This document shows positions 1-12,547 of a stretch of DNA of 64,000 nt, piece after piece. The stretch is from Octopus bimaculoides (lineage: Eukaryota): positions 52,578,483 to 52,642,482 of the forward strand of contig NC_068995.1 of the NCBI RefSeq assembly GCF_001194135.2, in the 5' to 3' direction. The notes beneath the pieces are model-generated. The model made no database searches and was not told the origin of the DNA. It saw only the letters and a program-made list of their open reading frames with translations. The number at the start of each line of letters is the position of its first letter. Position 1 is the stretch's first letter. A program made the translations under genes and the position numbers.

Positions 1-78
1 ATGCACACAAGTAAAATTCAGTTGAATAGGCACTTAAATTAAGGCACTTCGTTAGGTTGGAATAATATACACAGTGTA

Positions 79-341
79 TTCTTTTATTCTTTTATTATTT
101 TACTTGTTTCAGTCATTTGACTGTGGCCATGCTGGAGCACCGCCTTTAGTCGAGCAAATCGCCCCCAGGACTTATTCTTTGTAAGTCTAGTACTTATTCT
201 ATCGGTTCTTTTTTGCTGAACCTCTAAGTTACCCGCATCGGTTGTCAAGCGATGATGGTGGGAACAAACACGGACACACAAACACACACACACACACACA
301 AAACGGGTTTCTTTCAGTTTCCATCTACCATGTTCACTCAC
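79..341 (-). mobile_element. SINE family A, 3' half
   Basis: Reverse complement of 51594-51834 (gatggaaactgaaagaa..., internal (GT)n, cagcatggccgcagtcaaatgactgaaac tail). Confidence 0.85.
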
Positions 342-934
342 GATGATGGTGATGGTGATGATGATGATGGTGACTAGGTGTTTAAGTTTGATCTAGTTCT
401 AGGATTATCATTGAGATCGAAAATACTTTTAATTAAATGTTTTTTTAGCTATCAATTTCGATTAAATGATTCCTCACAAGCTCCATTACTCTCAATTTAT
501 AATGCTATATATATATATGTATATATATAACCTTTTTTTTTCGAACAGCTGTGTATTCAGAGGTTGATTCAACACTCAAAATAACTCTGGTACCCAATGC
601 ACTTCAAACTAAACAAATTAATTTTATCAAATTAAATGTTAATCATAAATCGGCAGATTTGCTATGTTTTCGTTGAGTGCTAATTAATAGATTCATCATT
701 ATATTTTTCTATTATGCTAATCTCATCACCACAACAACTGAGGTTAATTATTAATTTGCTTTATTAATAAATAACATAGACAGAATGAATTAGATTATTA
801 GTAATCTGTTTATAGGCTGTTATATTAATCCATTCCATTAAATTAAATTGGAACTTTTTAAACAGGTAAGAGACATATTATTGAGTACGGTTTCTGCTTT
901 AACCTTAAGCTGTTGAGCAAAACTATGACACCAG

Positions 935-1130
935 TCATCGTCATCATCATCATCATTACCGTCGTTGTCATCATCTTTTTGGCGTCCACTTTTCCATGCT
1001 GGTGTGGGTCAGACAGATTTTATTGAGGCAGATTTTCTATGGTTGGATGCCCTTCCTGTTATCAACCTTCACCTATTTCCAAGCAAGGTAATATTTTTCC
1101 AAGGCCAGACATGTTTTTGTAGACTATTGA
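935..1130 (-). mobile_element. Family D retroposon, old copy
   Basis: (ATC)n tail, tttccatgctgg, tggatgcccttcc motif. Confidence 0.65.
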
Positions 1131-1919
1131 AAATGAATGACACCTACAATGCAAAAAATAGAAAATAAGGAACACATTTGAAATGATATCCTTGTTTTAG
1201 AAATTAATTCAGTTAGATTCAAAGACATCCAACCATCAATTAATTTATTAATATTTTTGTTTATATTCAAAATAAAGTGTTGAGTGTGGCAAGCTGCAGT
1301 GAGTGAGCGAGTGTGCATTTTTGTCTACCTGTGTTAAATATATCTTTACTTGCAAATCACATATATCACATGCTATATATATACATATACATACATACAT
1401 ACATGTGTGTGTGTGTGTGTCCAGAGTAGCCTTGATATGCCATCAAAAAAAATGGCAGGGTGGCGCATGAAAGATTTCCTTTCAAACATTCAAATTTAGT
1501 CATCCATATTAGGACCCACCTCTGGGCGTTTATTTTTTCCACATATATATAATATACGTTATATTAGTTAAACAGACTTATGTAAATATACTTATATGAA
1601 AGAATATATATATATATTTATATATTTATATATGTACATGTGTGTGTATTTACACACACACATACACATATAGGCATACACATGTCTCAGTCTAATGTAA
1701 ACATTATGTAAACACATGCTCTCACTTTCTCTGTCTCTCATACTCACACACAGACATATGGATTTATGTAATATTGGTTTGAAATTATAGCCCAAGGCCA
1801 CTATTTCAGGTGAGGTGGTTAAGTCGATGTCATCGACACTGCCGAAATGATGAAAGGCAAAAATCAAGCTCAATTACTGATTATGATTAGTTAATTGCTT
1901 ATTAAAGACTATAACTAAG

Positions 1920-2286
1920 TGTGGAGGCACAATAGCCCAGTGGTTAGGGCAGCGGACTTGTGATCGTAGGATTGTGGTTTTGATTCCCAGACGGGGCATT
2001 GTGAGTGTTTATTGAGCAAAAACATCTAAAGCTCTATGAGGCTCCAGCAGGGGCTGGTGGCGAACCCTGCTGTAGTCTTTCACAACTTTCTCTCACTCTT
2101 TCTTCCTGCTTCTGTTGTACCTGTATTTCAAAGGGGACAGCCTTGTCACACTCTGTGTCACGCTGAATCTCCCTGAGAACTAAATTAAGGGTACAAATGT
2201 CTGTGGAGTGCTCAGCCACTTGCACGTTAATTTCACGAGCAGGTTGTTCTGTTGATTGAATCAACTGGAACCCTTGTCGTCGTAAC
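1920..2286 (+). mobile_element. SINE family B, full length
   Basis: A-box TAGCCCAGTGG, B-box-like GGTTTTGATTCC; body alignable end-to-end with 23635-24018. Confidence 0.85.
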
Positions 2287-2318
2287 TTGGCTATGTATAT
2301 ATAGATAGAGATACTAGG

Positions 2319-2368
<50 letters not shown>

Positions 2369-2385
2369 ATTTAAATACAAAACCA

Positions 2386-2495
2386 AAAGAGCTGCCGTGA
2401 GTGTCATGCTTTCATAATACTTGAACAGGCATTTTCATAAAATACACCGTGTATGCTCAAGTATCATACAAGCATGAAACTATTAGTAGCTCTTT
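2386..2495 (+). ncRNA. Decayed hammerhead-like motif (3' half intact, 5' core degenerate)
   Basis: Stem I AAAGAGC/GCUCUUU (7 bp); stem II AUGCUU/AAGCAU plus AUACUUGA/UCAAGUAU; GAAAC-UAUUA-GUA. The 5' core reads UGCCGUGAGUGUC instead of CUGANGA. Confidence 0.4.
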
Positions 2496-2623
2496 CAGAT
2501 GTGTATGTAAATTTATATTTGTCTTTGACTAGATGGAATACATTTTTTGTTGATTCTCCCATAATTTGGTCTTTAAACTATATATATATATGTGCGTATA
2601 TATGTATATTTATATATGTGTGT

Positions 2624-2657
<34 letters not shown>

Positions 2658-3830
2658 TTGAGTAATTATATGTATAGGTGTGCATGTTTATATATGTGTG
2701 TATGTATGTTTATAAGTATAAGGATCCATGTCAAGTGCAGGTTGCTAACTGGGTAGCTGTGTAGGAGTGACAGATTGTCAATAGGGTCTTTGAAATACTT
2801 TCTTCACGAAGGAAGTATCGGTAAGGTGTGTGGGTAGAGATAATGGCCGGGAGATTGGCTGAGCAGGTGTAAAGTGATCTCTAGTAGCCTTCTTACCGTT
2901 TATCTAGTTTAAAGGGTTGGGTCAACATAACCCTTCTACTTCTCCTCCTGATATGCTTCTGTTTCCTCCTCCTCCTCCTCCTTATTTATGCAACTCTCAT
3001 GCATTATCACCTTTATTCCGTTGCTGTTCCCTTTTTGTTTTTTTTTAACTCTGTTGTTTAATATCAAAGCAACGCAGCACCAGCAGAGTAGTAGCACCAA
3101 CACCACCCTCAATATCAGGAATTTTTTGAAGGGAGGGTACAAGGTCAGAGGGAAATACAATTCAAGGAGAAAAGGGCGTGATAACATTATTTAGAAGGGC
3201 GCACTTATTTTCTTGAAGGTGACATGTGGCCCTCATGCCCCTCCCTTGCGTCTGCCCCAAGGTTGAGTCAAACAAATCACCCCCACCCTCCTTATCTTTT
3301 CAAATCTGGTACTTATTCTGTTGGTCTCTTTTGCTGAACTGAGAAGTTATGGGGATGTAAACAAACCAACATTTGTTGTCAAGTGGCAATGGGGGTACAA
3401 ACACAAAGATGCACACACGTACACACATATACACACATTTATATGTATTTACACTGAACACAATGCATATGCATACATATGTGCACACACACACACACAC
3501 ACACACATACATACATATATACACAAGCACACACACACACAACAGCATATGCAGTGTAGGAGGATTTAATTAACACGCATAATCTCACCTGGTGTCAACA
3601 TGACCACCTGGTTACTAAGGAAAATGGCTGTGGGAAGGGAAACGTTGGGAGAAGGGGTTAAAATGGGAGAATGCAGGGTGGGGAAACTCAATTGACATCC
3701 TTCTTTTTATGTCATTCCATTGACTAATGTGTTTTGTGTACCTGTGTAATAATTGTTGCTTACCTGTTGCTAATTCTGCTACAGGTATGATATGTGTAGG
3801 AGTACATTGCAGAAACACACATACACACTC

Positions 3831-3866
<36 letters not shown>

Positions 3867-3881
3867 ACACACCCACACACA

Positions 3882-3917
3882 CAGTAATCCCTCGACTTTC
3901 GCAGGTGTTACGTTCCA
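3882..3917. mobile_element. Isolated pogo/Tigger-like TIR fragment
   Basis: cagtaatccctcgactttcgcaggtgttacgttcca resembles CAG..CCCTCG-type pogo termini; cut off by the SINE at 3918. Confidence 0.3.
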
Positions 3918-4146
3918 TAATAATAATAATGGTTTCAAATTTTGCCACAAGGACAGCAATTTTTTGGGGAAAAGATGAGTCAATTACATTGACCCCAGTG
4001 TTTCACTGGTACTTATTTTATCGACCGCGAAAGGATGAAAGGTAAGTTGACCTTGGTGGAATTTGAACTCAGAACATAGCGACAGGTGAAATACTGCTAA
4101 GCATTTCGTCTGGCATGCTAACGATTCTGTCAGCTCCCTGCCTTAG
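3918..4146 (-). mobile_element. SINE family E
   Basis: aatttgaactcag (B box on -), gaaaggatgaaagg, gaccccagtg, (AAT)n flanks; same family at 23227 and 52935. Confidence 0.8.
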
Positions 4147-4298
4147 TAATAATAATAATAATAATAATAATAATTATTATTATTATCATTATTATTATTA
4201 TTATTATTTCTGCTCTTGGCATGATGAAATAAGATTTCTAACATTCATTAATAATGTCTTTGGTCTTATATCCTTGTTTTTTCTTTTTTATTTTACAG

Positions 4299-6316
4299 AT
4301 CAAAAGCTTAGATCCTGAAGGACTTTGTTCAAAATCAAAGTTGCTGAACCAAGGAGACTGCTTGGTATCCTGCAATGGTAATTCTCTGTACAAGATTCCA
4401 TTTAACCAGTGTTTGAACATAATCAACTCTGAAGGTCCGTCCTTGACTTTCGAAATTTTGCGCAAGGATGCTATCGCAGTAGATGAAAACATTGAATCAG
4501 AAACAAACATTAACCAGGAAACAAAAGTCAACAACAACAACAGCAACAACACGTGGAACCCTGAGATAGAATTGGAAAACAGAAACATCAAAGACAAACC
4601 AAAGGAATTTGATGAAAATGAAGATTTGTTGATAAGTTTCAAAGACTTGAGTACAGAGGATTCTGTAATATCATTAGATTCATTGAATAATGTAACATCA
4701 GAAGTTGCTCTGTTACAAGAATCGACCAGTAGTAGCTACACAGAGCAAAACCTTACAAGCGAAACTGTACCAGAAGAGTCAACCACTGAAGCCCTTTGTT
4801 TAGATCCTATTGGTACTCTGAATCTGTCCAGTGAGACACAAGACATTACTGAAGTTAATTTAGGGGACTCAAAAGATAAGAGTCTTACAAAAGGTGTTGT
4901 TGAAGACAAATGTGTCCAACAAGATGTTGTCAGTGAGCACAGCAGTGTGCCGAATAATTCAGCCGGTCAGAGAAATATGTCAGAGTACAGAAACTCTAAG
5001 CAAGAATTTTCATTAAATGAGTCCGACGACTCATTAATTTCAAACGAACTGAACAACAACTTCAGTATCATCTGTCCATGCTACTCCAACGAGGATTTGA
5101 TTTCTTTAGGTTTAGATAGTCCACCACCACACAAAGCCGATCTTACATTTCAAAGCACTATTGTTGCACCACGAGAAGCTGCTGGTGAGAGCAAATCTGA
5201 CTTGGATGATATCGACATCAATCCTTTCCTTGATCAGCAAGACAACTACAGATCAGAACACAACCTCAACAACTTCAATACCAACAGGACTGGATTCCCC
5301 ATTAGCCATCACCAAAAAATCAAGATCACAAATAATTCAAACGATCTTTTGAGTTTCCAGTCAAATAATAACCAGAAAAAATTAGCTTCCTACAATGAGT
5401 TGCTTGAGGATGAATTAGAATCCCCTTTCTCCACTGACGGTAGCCTTCCAAGCTCTTTTGGAGCACAAGTTGCTGATGAAGATGGAGATATTAACACACA
5501 CTTGTCATTAATGCATTCCCAAAATGATGGCGTTGAAGAAACCTTGGTGATGTCCCCAGATTCTGGACGTCCTGATTCTCCGAGAATTCAGAAAAACAGC
5601 TCCCTTAATAGTCTAAAGATTTCCCACAAAAGAGACATTGCTTCTCCGTACTCCAATATATCTGATGACTTTAAATCTGAAGATGACTCGTCAACAGCGT
5701 ACTATGATGTAAAAACTGATGAGGATGATACAACAACTTATCAAGATTTATCAGAAATATCAACAGAACTAGGCGACAAGTTTCAAAAGAGTAACCATTC
5801 CGATTTCTTTGAATCAGCAGATTCTTGTAAAACATCAGAATCATCATTTGATATGTGCAATGATGGGGATCAAGAGACCGACCGATCTTCAAAGCCACTG
5901 AAAAACACAATGACGTCTGAGGTCCACCTAAAATCAAGGGATACGAAATCCCTACCGAGAGCCATGACGTCCAGTTATATGACTGAGTCATTTCAAGACA
6001 ATCATCTAAGATCTTTGAACAAATATGCTATTGATACGAGTTTATTGAAGAATGTTAGTGAAAAAATACTGCCAACTAGTAACTCTTCTGTGAACAATAA
6101 AGAAAAACTTATTTTATCAAAGAGACTCTTCTCAAGTACGATGAAACAGGAAAGGAAAAACAGTAACCAAACTAGATCTGAAGAGAAACCCTTTCGGGTG
6201 GAAGTATTGAAAGGGATTCTTGGTTTAGGGATGACACTGACCGTGGATGAAAATGGTTTTGTCAGAGTATCAGAAATTAAAAGCCAAAGCACAATTGGAA
6301 AAAATGGGAACATTAA
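4299..6316 (+). CDS. PDZD2: Multi-PDZ protein (PDZD2/pro-IL-16/big bang-like), first visible exon (2018 nt): C-half of a PDZ, long S/D/N-rich linker, N-half of next PDZ
   Basis: Acceptor ttttacag|ATC (phase 0), donor ATTAA|gtgagt (phase 2), inside ORF 4254-6320. Starts IKSLDPEGLCSKSKLLNQGDCLVSCNG (PDZ GD.I..VNG-type motif); ends FRVEVLKGILGLGMTLTV...VRVSEIKSQSTIGKNGNIK (GLGF-like loop). Confidence 0.88.
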
Positions 6317-6696
6317 GTGAGTTTTTGTTTATATGTTATTTTATATTTTATTTTATCTTCTTTTTCTTTTTAGTGATTTTTGCGTTCATCTTGTTTATGA
6401 GTTTTTTATGGACACAAGAATAGCCATATCGTTTAGTTAATTTTGCATGGCATCTCAAATAGACATCTACTAAATGCCAAATTTAGAAATTAATAATGAT
6501 CAGAATGTTTTCTATTAGTTAATCTGAATCTTTTATAAAAGTTCCATTCATATCTTGGATGCATTTTGGAAATATAAATCATTACAACTGTTTGATTTTG
6601 TCTATGCCAGTGAGAGGAAATACAACATCGATCTCAGATTTAGGCCCTGAAAAGAAGGGGACATTACTTAATATCCCAAATATTTTGTCTAATACG

Positions 6697-7045
6697 TCAT
6701 CATCATCATCATCATCATCGTTTAATGTCCGTTTTCCATGCTGGCATGGGTTGGATGGTTCGACTGGGGTCTAGGAAGCCAGGAGGCTGCACCAGGCCCC
6801 AGTCTGACCTGGCAGTGTTTCTGCAGCTGGATGCCCTTCCTAATGCCAACCACTCAAAGAGTGTAGTGGGTGCTTTTTACGTGCCACTGGGATGGAAACC
6901 AGTCAAGGCGGCTCTGGCATTGGCCACGTTCAGACGGTGCTTTTTATGTGCCACCGGCGCAGGGATCACAACTACAATTCCCAGTCTTCTGCCTGGCCAG
7001 CTCCTTTCAAACTGTCCAATCCATGCTAGCATGGAAAGCAGACAT
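6697..7045. mobile_element. Family D copy (-) fused to an oppositely oriented 3' end, giving a fold-back
   Basis: Left atcgtttaatgtccgttttccatgctggcatgggttggatggttcga is the inverted repeat of right tcaaactgtccaatccatgctagcatggaaagcagacattaaacaat (~47 bp). Confidence 0.8.
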
Positions 7046-7342
7046 TAAACAATGTAACTACACACGTGCTGTTGGCGATTTCTTTTCCTTCTTTGGACTT
7101 TTCCCTTTCTCCTTTCCGACAAAGAGCTATGCTCAAAACATCAAGAACTCTCTCTTTTTTTTCCAAGTGTCAAACTAATACATTCCTTCTGCATGTCCTC
7201 TTATTTGTCATTGTTAATTTTGTTGTTTGCTTATTTGATTTGACTGCATATATACATACATATATATACACACACACACACCTCTCCTTTTCCTTGATAT
7301 ATATATGTATACATACATATCCTTTTCCTTAAAATTTTCCAG

Positions 7343-7494
7343 GGTTGGAGACTATATACTCTCTGTTAACAGCACTGACCTTATGAATGTAACTGATTCG
7401 CAGGTACAACAAATCCTTCGACTTTTGCCTCGAGGATTAATTACCGTCATAGCTTCTGTTTTACCCATAACTGACTGGAAATCTCATATTGCAG
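7343..7494 (+). CDS. PDZD2: Multi-PDZ protein exon (152 nt), C-half of second visible PDZ
   Basis: ttttccag|G completes AA|G (Lys), giving GNIKVGDYILSVNSTDLMNVTDSQVQQILRLLPRGLITVIAS; donor GCAG|gtaagt (phase 1). Confidence 0.92.
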
Positions 7495-7840
7495 GTAAGT
7501 AAGCTGAGCTAATTTCCCCTACTATTTCTTTGGAAGAATATTGTACAGTTATATTGCATTTTTTTTAATGTTTTTGTTTTAAACATTGTAATATTACTTG
7601 TCTTCAATTTCTTCTGTTAAATTATATTTATACTTACCTGTCAATTTAACCAATTATATTTTGTTAATCATGTCTTATTGTAATTGATGTTATAATGGAA
7701 TGGAAGGTTTATGAAAACCTGTGGAGTATCTCTGTCTCCCATTATAATTATTTTTGTAGTTTCAAGGATCTGGAACACGAAGAAGTTCACAAGCAGAGTA
7801 CAATTCAATAGCCATTTATTTACAGAGTTCTCGTTCATGT

Positions 7841-8130
7841 GGTTCACTTAGTGGTTAGTGAGTTGCATTCACGTTTGCGAGATCATGGTTTCAATTCCCA
7901 GACCAGGCATTGCATTGTGTTCTTGAGCAAAACACTTCATTTCACATTGCTCTGCAATCATTTCATCAGCTGACATATAGCATGTCGCGTACCTGTACAG
8001 GTAATGTTGATTTGAGGGAGGGTGCGATCTTATGTGCGACATTAACATTTGATCTCTAAAGACAAATCGTTTGTGTGGTTGTTCTGTAAGAAATTGAACC
8101 CTCATAGGTCGTCTAACAACAAGAGAGTTC
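7841..8130 (+). mobile_element. SINE with family C head, different 3' body
   Basis: Head and tcttgagcaa.acactt.atttcacattgctc core shared with 18611-18940; 3' body differs. Confidence 0.7.
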
Positions 8131-8134
8131 ACGT

Positions 8135-8452
8135 ATGTGTAGGGTAAGGATCCCCTTCAATCATGAATGACCATGGGATTGCACTTAGAAAGTTCTCCTC
8201 CAAGGCACAAGTCTGGGCTAGCAGTCACCCATGCATACCAGCCTGCCTCTCCATGCCACCGATGTTATCCAAGCGAAAGGCAAAGGGGCCGATACAGTTT
8301 GGCACCAGTGACATCTCAACTCATTTCTACAGCTGAGTGAATTGGAGCAATGTGAAATAAAGTGTCTTGCTCAAGAGTACAACACACAGCCTAGTCCATG
8401 AATCGAACTCACTACCTCATGGTTGTGAGCCTGATGCCCTAACCACTGAGTC
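8135..8452 (-). mobile_element. SINE family C
   Basis: Reverse complement of 18611-18940. Confidence 0.85.
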
Positions 8453-9639
8453 AAGACAAAGTCAATTCCAAAAAAACTCACAAAAATCTAAGGGAAACAT
8501 TGTGACTCAACCTTTTGCTTGTCCTGTGTATCACATGAAATACACAGGGCATGTTACTCTGGCAACCCAACATCCTACATCATATGCATTCCCAAGTTTT
8601 CTCAACCACCAGAGTAACTTGAGGCTTACGAAAGGAAAGCTTTATATAAGAACATTTGAAGTAAGGGTTAACCGAAAGCCAGAAAACAAGCCTGGATACT
8701 TTGGCCATAATTATGAGAATATTTTGGATAGGCAAAGGGTTAAATCTGCTATTGTATCTTCTTTCTTGTCTTCATTGTTAACCCTTTCTTTTTTATTATT
8801 TAACGAACGAGATTTAACCTGTCATTGTTAATTTATATTTGTTTCCATTTCATATGGAAATAATTAAGCAAGTAGCAGCAATATACCATGAAATATTTTC
8901 TCTGTTGTATGTAGGTGTGTATTTTTCTGAAGAAAATAAAATGAAGTTTTTTTTTTCTTTAAAGAAAAAAACTGAGAACAAATGAAAGAAAAAGAAATAA
9001 CTTTCCAAAAATTCAAACAAAAATATTTCTGCTTTTCTTTCTTTTCTTTGCTACCTGTTTTCTTTCAAACAAATGCAACGGCAGCAATAAGAACAACAAA
9101 AGGCAGATAAACTATAGAATAAAAGATAACAGATAAACGTATCGAGTCTCCCTGCTTTGACCCTGATAATAACTGGTACTATAGTTGCTACAATATAAAC
9201 AATCACCCACCTATTCCTGAATCAGCAAATATTTATTTACATATTTAAATATTCCTATTTATTTATTTACTTATCATTCTGTTCATATTTAGTGGTTACA
9301 GTACCTGGGCGTTGCCTGGGAAGGCAATTTAAGCCGCCTATTTCATAACGAACTTTTCTTCTTGTCATTTGTCCGCTGTTATTTTTGTTGCTCTTACTCC
9401 TACTGAATATTTTCCATTTGGTTAGTTCTCTGTTGGTTTCAATGATGATGACCTACTAAATTTCTACTTGTGAAATTAAAGTGTAAGCTGTTGGGTATTC
9501 CACAGACATCATTGATTTTTTTTTTAACACAATTATCAGGTTGAACAATCAGCAAGAGAAAATATAACAACACTGGACTTCTGAATTACAGGTACCACAT
9601 ATATATATATATATATATATATGTATATGTGTGTGTATA

Positions 9640-9686
<47 letters not shown>

Positions 9687-9712
9687 ATATGTGTGTGTGT
9701 GTGTGTGTGTAC

Positions 9713-9798
<86 letters not shown>

Positions 9799-10416
9799 GT
9801 TGGTGTGTGTATGTATATATTGATATATGTATACATACGCATATGTATATATGTGTTTGTATATTTACACACACACACACACTCACTCTCTCTCCCTCTC
9901 TCAAATAGAGAGATTAATATCAATCAACTCGTGAAACACACAAATGTCAGACACCAAAGATCCGTACCTCTCAATAGAAAGACATGACACCTTATTACAA
10001 TTTGTTTCTCTTTCTGTATTAATGTCACTGATTTCTCACCCTGTGAAATCCTTCCTTAGTTACATTTTTCTTCAAATTATGTCACCAAGGCAAGAAAAAA
10101 AACACAGAAAGAAGCAAAAACAGTACAAAATATCAAAGCAAATATCTACAGCAGACCGTGGGAAAAAAAATCAATGTTTAGACTCTGAGAAGACAACAAT
10201 GGATTATGACTTAGATTTTGTAGTATTTTATTGAATAATGCTCCATAGGTGAGCAAGTAATTTCTGTTGTAGTTTCTGCATTTTATTGTATACATTTTTT
10301 CCCCCTATTTATATGTTGAATAATTATAAAAATGATACTGAATTGGTATGAGTGTGTGTGTGAATATGTGTGTGTATATATGTGTGGGTGTATGTATGCA
10401 TGTGTGTGTGTGTATG

Positions 10417-10465
<49 letters not shown>

Positions 10466-11056
10466 NNNNNNNNNNNNNNNNNNNNNNNNNNNNNNNNNNN
10501 NNNNNNNNNNNNNNNNNNNNNNNNNNNNNNNNNNNNNNNNNNNNNNNNNNNNNNNNNNNNNNNNNNNNNNNNNNNNNNNNNNNNNNNNNNNNNNNNNNNN
10601 NNNNNNNNNNNNNNNNNNNNNNNNNNNNNNNNNNNNNNNNNNNNNNNNNNNNNNNNNNNNNNNNNNNNNNNNNNNNNNNNNNNNNNNNNNNNNNNNNNNN
10701 NNNNNNNNNNNNNNNNNNNNNNNNNNNNNNNNNNNNNNNNNNNNNNNNNNNNNNNNNNNNNNNNNNNNNNNNNNNNNNNNNNNNNNNNNNNNNNNNNNNN
10801 NNNNNNNNNNNNNNNNNNNNNNNNNNNNNNNNNNNNNNNNNNNNNNNNNNNNNNNNNNNNNNNNNNNNNNNNNNNNNNNNNNNNNNNNNNNNNNNNNNNN
10901 NNNNNNNNNNNNNNNNNNNNNNNNNNNNNNNNNNNNNNNNNNNNNNNNNNNNNNNNNNNNNNNNNNNNNNNNNNNNNNNNNNNNNNNNNNNNNNNNNNNN
11001 NNNNNNNNNNNNNNNNNNNNNNNNNNNNNNNNNNNNNNNNNNNNNNNNNNNNNNNN

Positions 11057-11139
11057 CCTGGTGTTGCCATCCGGTTTCACCAGTCCTCAGTCAAATCGTC
11101 CAACCCATGCTAGCATGGAAAGCGGACGTTAAACGATGA

Positions 11140-11143
<4 letters not shown>
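11057..11143 (+). mobile_element. Family D young copy, 3' end emerging from N-gap
   Basis: Identical by eye to 22747-22833. Confidence 0.9.
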
Positions 11144-11173
<30 letters not shown>

Positions 11174-11370
11174 GTATGTGTATTTTTTCAATGTGTACAA
11201 ATAACACAGAAAAAATAAATAGATACCAGGGTACCACAAATTCACATAAGTACCAAGGATTTTACAAGGATATATAAAGGTAGAAATTCCAGGGTTTAGT
11301 GAAATGTCTTTGTATAACATGGATAAATAAAGAAATGGAGTTAAATGCAGATGTTATTCAAATCTTTATA

Positions 11371-11458
11371 CTTCCGACATGTATTTCGAAGAAAACATTG
11401 GTATTATTCCAGAGGGAATAAAAGGTTGTAAAGCAATGCAATCTTCTCATCAGGGAAA
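11371..11458 (-). ncRNA. Type I hammerhead ribozyme-like motif, complete catalytic core, GUC cleavage triplet
   Basis: Minus strand reads UUUCC-CUGAUGA-GAAGA[...]UCUUC-GAAA-UACAUG-UC-GGAAG. Stem I UUUCC/GGAAG; stem II GAAGA/UCUUC extended by CAUUG/CAAUG and a UAUUCC-CUCU-GGAAUA hairpin; 2-bp stem III. Confidence 0.72.
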
Positions 11459-12547
11459 AAAAGCGATATAATCCTGAAAGCTCTGTTGCTACTATTTAGT
11501 AATAAACCTCTGATAAAAAAAAATGATTCAACCATGACTGCCCTATATTTCTCTCATGTATTGTGTATGTAGGACTACATTACCCAATGTGTTCTGTCCC
11601 CTACTTTTTTTTTCAGAGATTTGAGAGAAAACTCCTATTTCTAACAGATCAGGTGACCACATACAGCCTCTTTCTGCTTGTAAACTGTATTTCACACACC
11701 CAACTTTGATCTGGCAGCATCCATCATAATAATTCCGACATGAAACTAGATTCTGAGTTTCCAGGAAAGAAAATCCTGGAAAAAGACAAAGCAAAGAAAT
11801 CTATCAAAGTTTTAGCTATTCGTGTGTGATTCCTTCAGGATGGCCACAATTACAAAATGAGATAACTATCTCCTCACAACATGAAGTGGAATTAGGATTT
11901 GAAATCAATATGAAAGGGTCACAAAAGGATACACATATATAAATATATAATTTAAAGTTTTTTTATATATATGACAAAGTTCTACACACACACACACACA
12001 CACACATGCGTATATATATAAATTTATTATTTATTGGGGTTTATTGTTTGCTTTTTTCACTTGAATTACAGGTTTTTAATTACAAGCAATGTTTTCTTCA
12101 TTGTGACNNNNNNNNNNNNNNNNNNNNNNNNNNNNNNNNNNNNNNNNNNNNNNNNNNNNNNNNNNNNNNNNNNNNNNNNNNNNNNNNNNNNNNNNNNNNN
12201 NNNNNNNNNNNNNNNNNNTATATATAATCTTTTTTTTATAAAAAGAATGTTTTATTTTATGTTGCTGTTGTCATTGTTAATTGATATGATAATCTGGCCT
12301 ATTTTATAATTTCCATGCTAAGTGTAATGATATATATATATATATATATTTGCTTCCTCTTCTTAGTCCCCTGGAATTGCATTATTTTCATTATTTTTCT
12401 TTCAAGTTTTGCTTTCTGGATTAAATTGTTTCTTTGCTTTCTTTTTATGAAATCCCCATCTCTCCTCCTCCCCTCCAAATTATATATTATTAAAACCAAA
12501 AATGAAATATCAAAGTGTGTTACCTCACCCTAACTTAATTTCCTCAG

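Noticed and set aside
816-871. Strong donor CAG|gtaaga (also CAG|gtatga at 3784) as the missing upstream PDZ exon
   Set aside because: Phase-0 frames contain nearby stops or lack an acceptor, and encode nothing PDZ-like.
1920-1995. tRNA genes (also 16465, 18611, 23635, 40861)
   Set aside because: A/B boxes present but no acceptor stem or cloverleaf; each continues into a repeat body, so these are SINE heads.
7925-7970. CUGAUGA...GAAA on the minus strand of a SINE head
   Set aside because: Stem II does not close next to the core and there is no stem I or III.
8367-8831. 154-aa plus-strand ORF
   Set aside because: Begins inside a SINE; no splice sites or recognisable domain.
9540-9591. Possible small exon in intron 2
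   Set aside because: All three frames hit stops; the donor-like gaattacaggtac motif also occurs in a SINE at 43467.
10283-11139. Long ORFs in the track spanning N-gaps (also 24130-24464, 30746-32757, 38467-39390, 42032-43051, 50653-52091, 60177-60758)
   Set aside because: Open only because N codons and microsatellites lack stops.
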